DNA of 64,000 nucleotides from Selaginella moellendorffii (lineage: Eukaryota > Plantae > Lycopodiophyta). Below, piece after piece: positions 63,301 to 64,000 of the stretch. A model generated the notes under the pieces. It was not told the DNA's origin and searched no databases. It saw nothing but the letters and a program-made list of their open reading frames with translations. Position 1 is the stretch's first letter, and each line of letters opens with the position of its first letter. The position numbers were made by a program, and so were the translations under genes. The DNA is taken from contig NW_003314431.1 in NCBI RefSeq assembly GCF_000143415.4, forward strand, positions 2,256 to 66,255. The letters are read 5' to 3'.

Positions 63301-64000
63301 TCATGGGCAAACTCAAGGAACTAAGGGACCAACTTAAGCTTAGCATAATGGACCACTATCGAGAATCCAGTCAAAGCTACTACAATGCTACTTCGTGCAA
63401 GTAGACTAGCTTCACCATCAACCACTTTGGGGTTGATTATCGTTTAATTAGCAACTTCGTAAACACATTGTTCATTATCACATGGATATGATATAAGTAT
63501 TACAATGACTTGATCATCAATGAAGCAACACTATGAGCAATGCCTATGTCACTACTATAAAGGTTTATGTGAGTATCAAGTGTCAACTCGATTCGATAAA
63601 ATGCAACATAAATGCCACACCCCATCGATAGAGATTTACAACACCTAACACTACTAACTTTTGTTCACAACACAAACAAGCTCATGCCACTCTCTTTCTG
63701 ACCAAACGCAAAACTTAATCTATCACCAAGCTATTCAAGGAGCAATAGCAAGGTTCCCCGGAAAAGAATTAAGCATTGCAACCCAAGTCTTCAATAGTAA
63801 GCCTAGACAAAATGGTTCAGCGTTTCACCACTATCCATCCCACAACTCACCATTGTAAGACCATCATCTCCAATATGCATCAAGATAGGAACTCTTGATT
63901 GCATAATATGAACACGAGCAACGAGTTAACACCTTGTTGCAAATCATCCTCCAAGAAGAGAAAATGATTTACGTGTTTGATTTTTCGTCCCTGACAACTC

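Larger units (their letters stand above)
41072..64000 (-). mobile_element. Family-A LTR retroelement with eroded, non-coding interior; runs off the window and hosts the 43252-60365 insertion
   Basis: 3' LTR-A at 41072-42216 with a PPT at 42217-42230; interior 42217-43251 joins 60371 seamlessly, as shown by the uninterrupted reverse-strand homolog at ~58165-58215. Confidence 0.8.

Overview
Eukaryotic land-plant DNA with five assembly gaps. A lycophyte such as Selaginella is a tentative inference from 47-60 nt introns, (CCCTAAA)n and a PLS-PPR-like fragment. No intact host gene is evident; the window is a deep nest of transposable elements. It holds a degenerate Helitron with OB-fold/RPA-like and PPR cargo; two deleted Ty3/Gypsy chromoviruses, one apparently self-priming; two nested MULE-like SWIM transposons, the inner one carrying a beta-class amino-methyltransferase remnant; TRIMs; a non-autonomous Gypsy; and a hAT. 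The highlight is a 13,475-bp DNA transposon (43346-56820) with 24-bp TIRs and a 4-bp CTAA TSD, whose empty target site is visible in a sister LTR. It encodes a Sola-like DDD transposase and a divergently transcribed cargo gene (or genes) with ParB/Srx-like, degenerate DNA-methyltransferase-like and FCP1/HAD-like domains. About 27 copies of a 22-bp palindrome (ATGGCRTGWGGCCWCAYGCCAT) are spread along it. A second highlight is two independent TSD-flanked retroelement insertions whose two ends are LTRs of different families (short ~155-162-bp TRIM LTR at the 5' end, ~1-kb LTR at the 3' end). All domain calls are by eye from motifs; no database searches were run.
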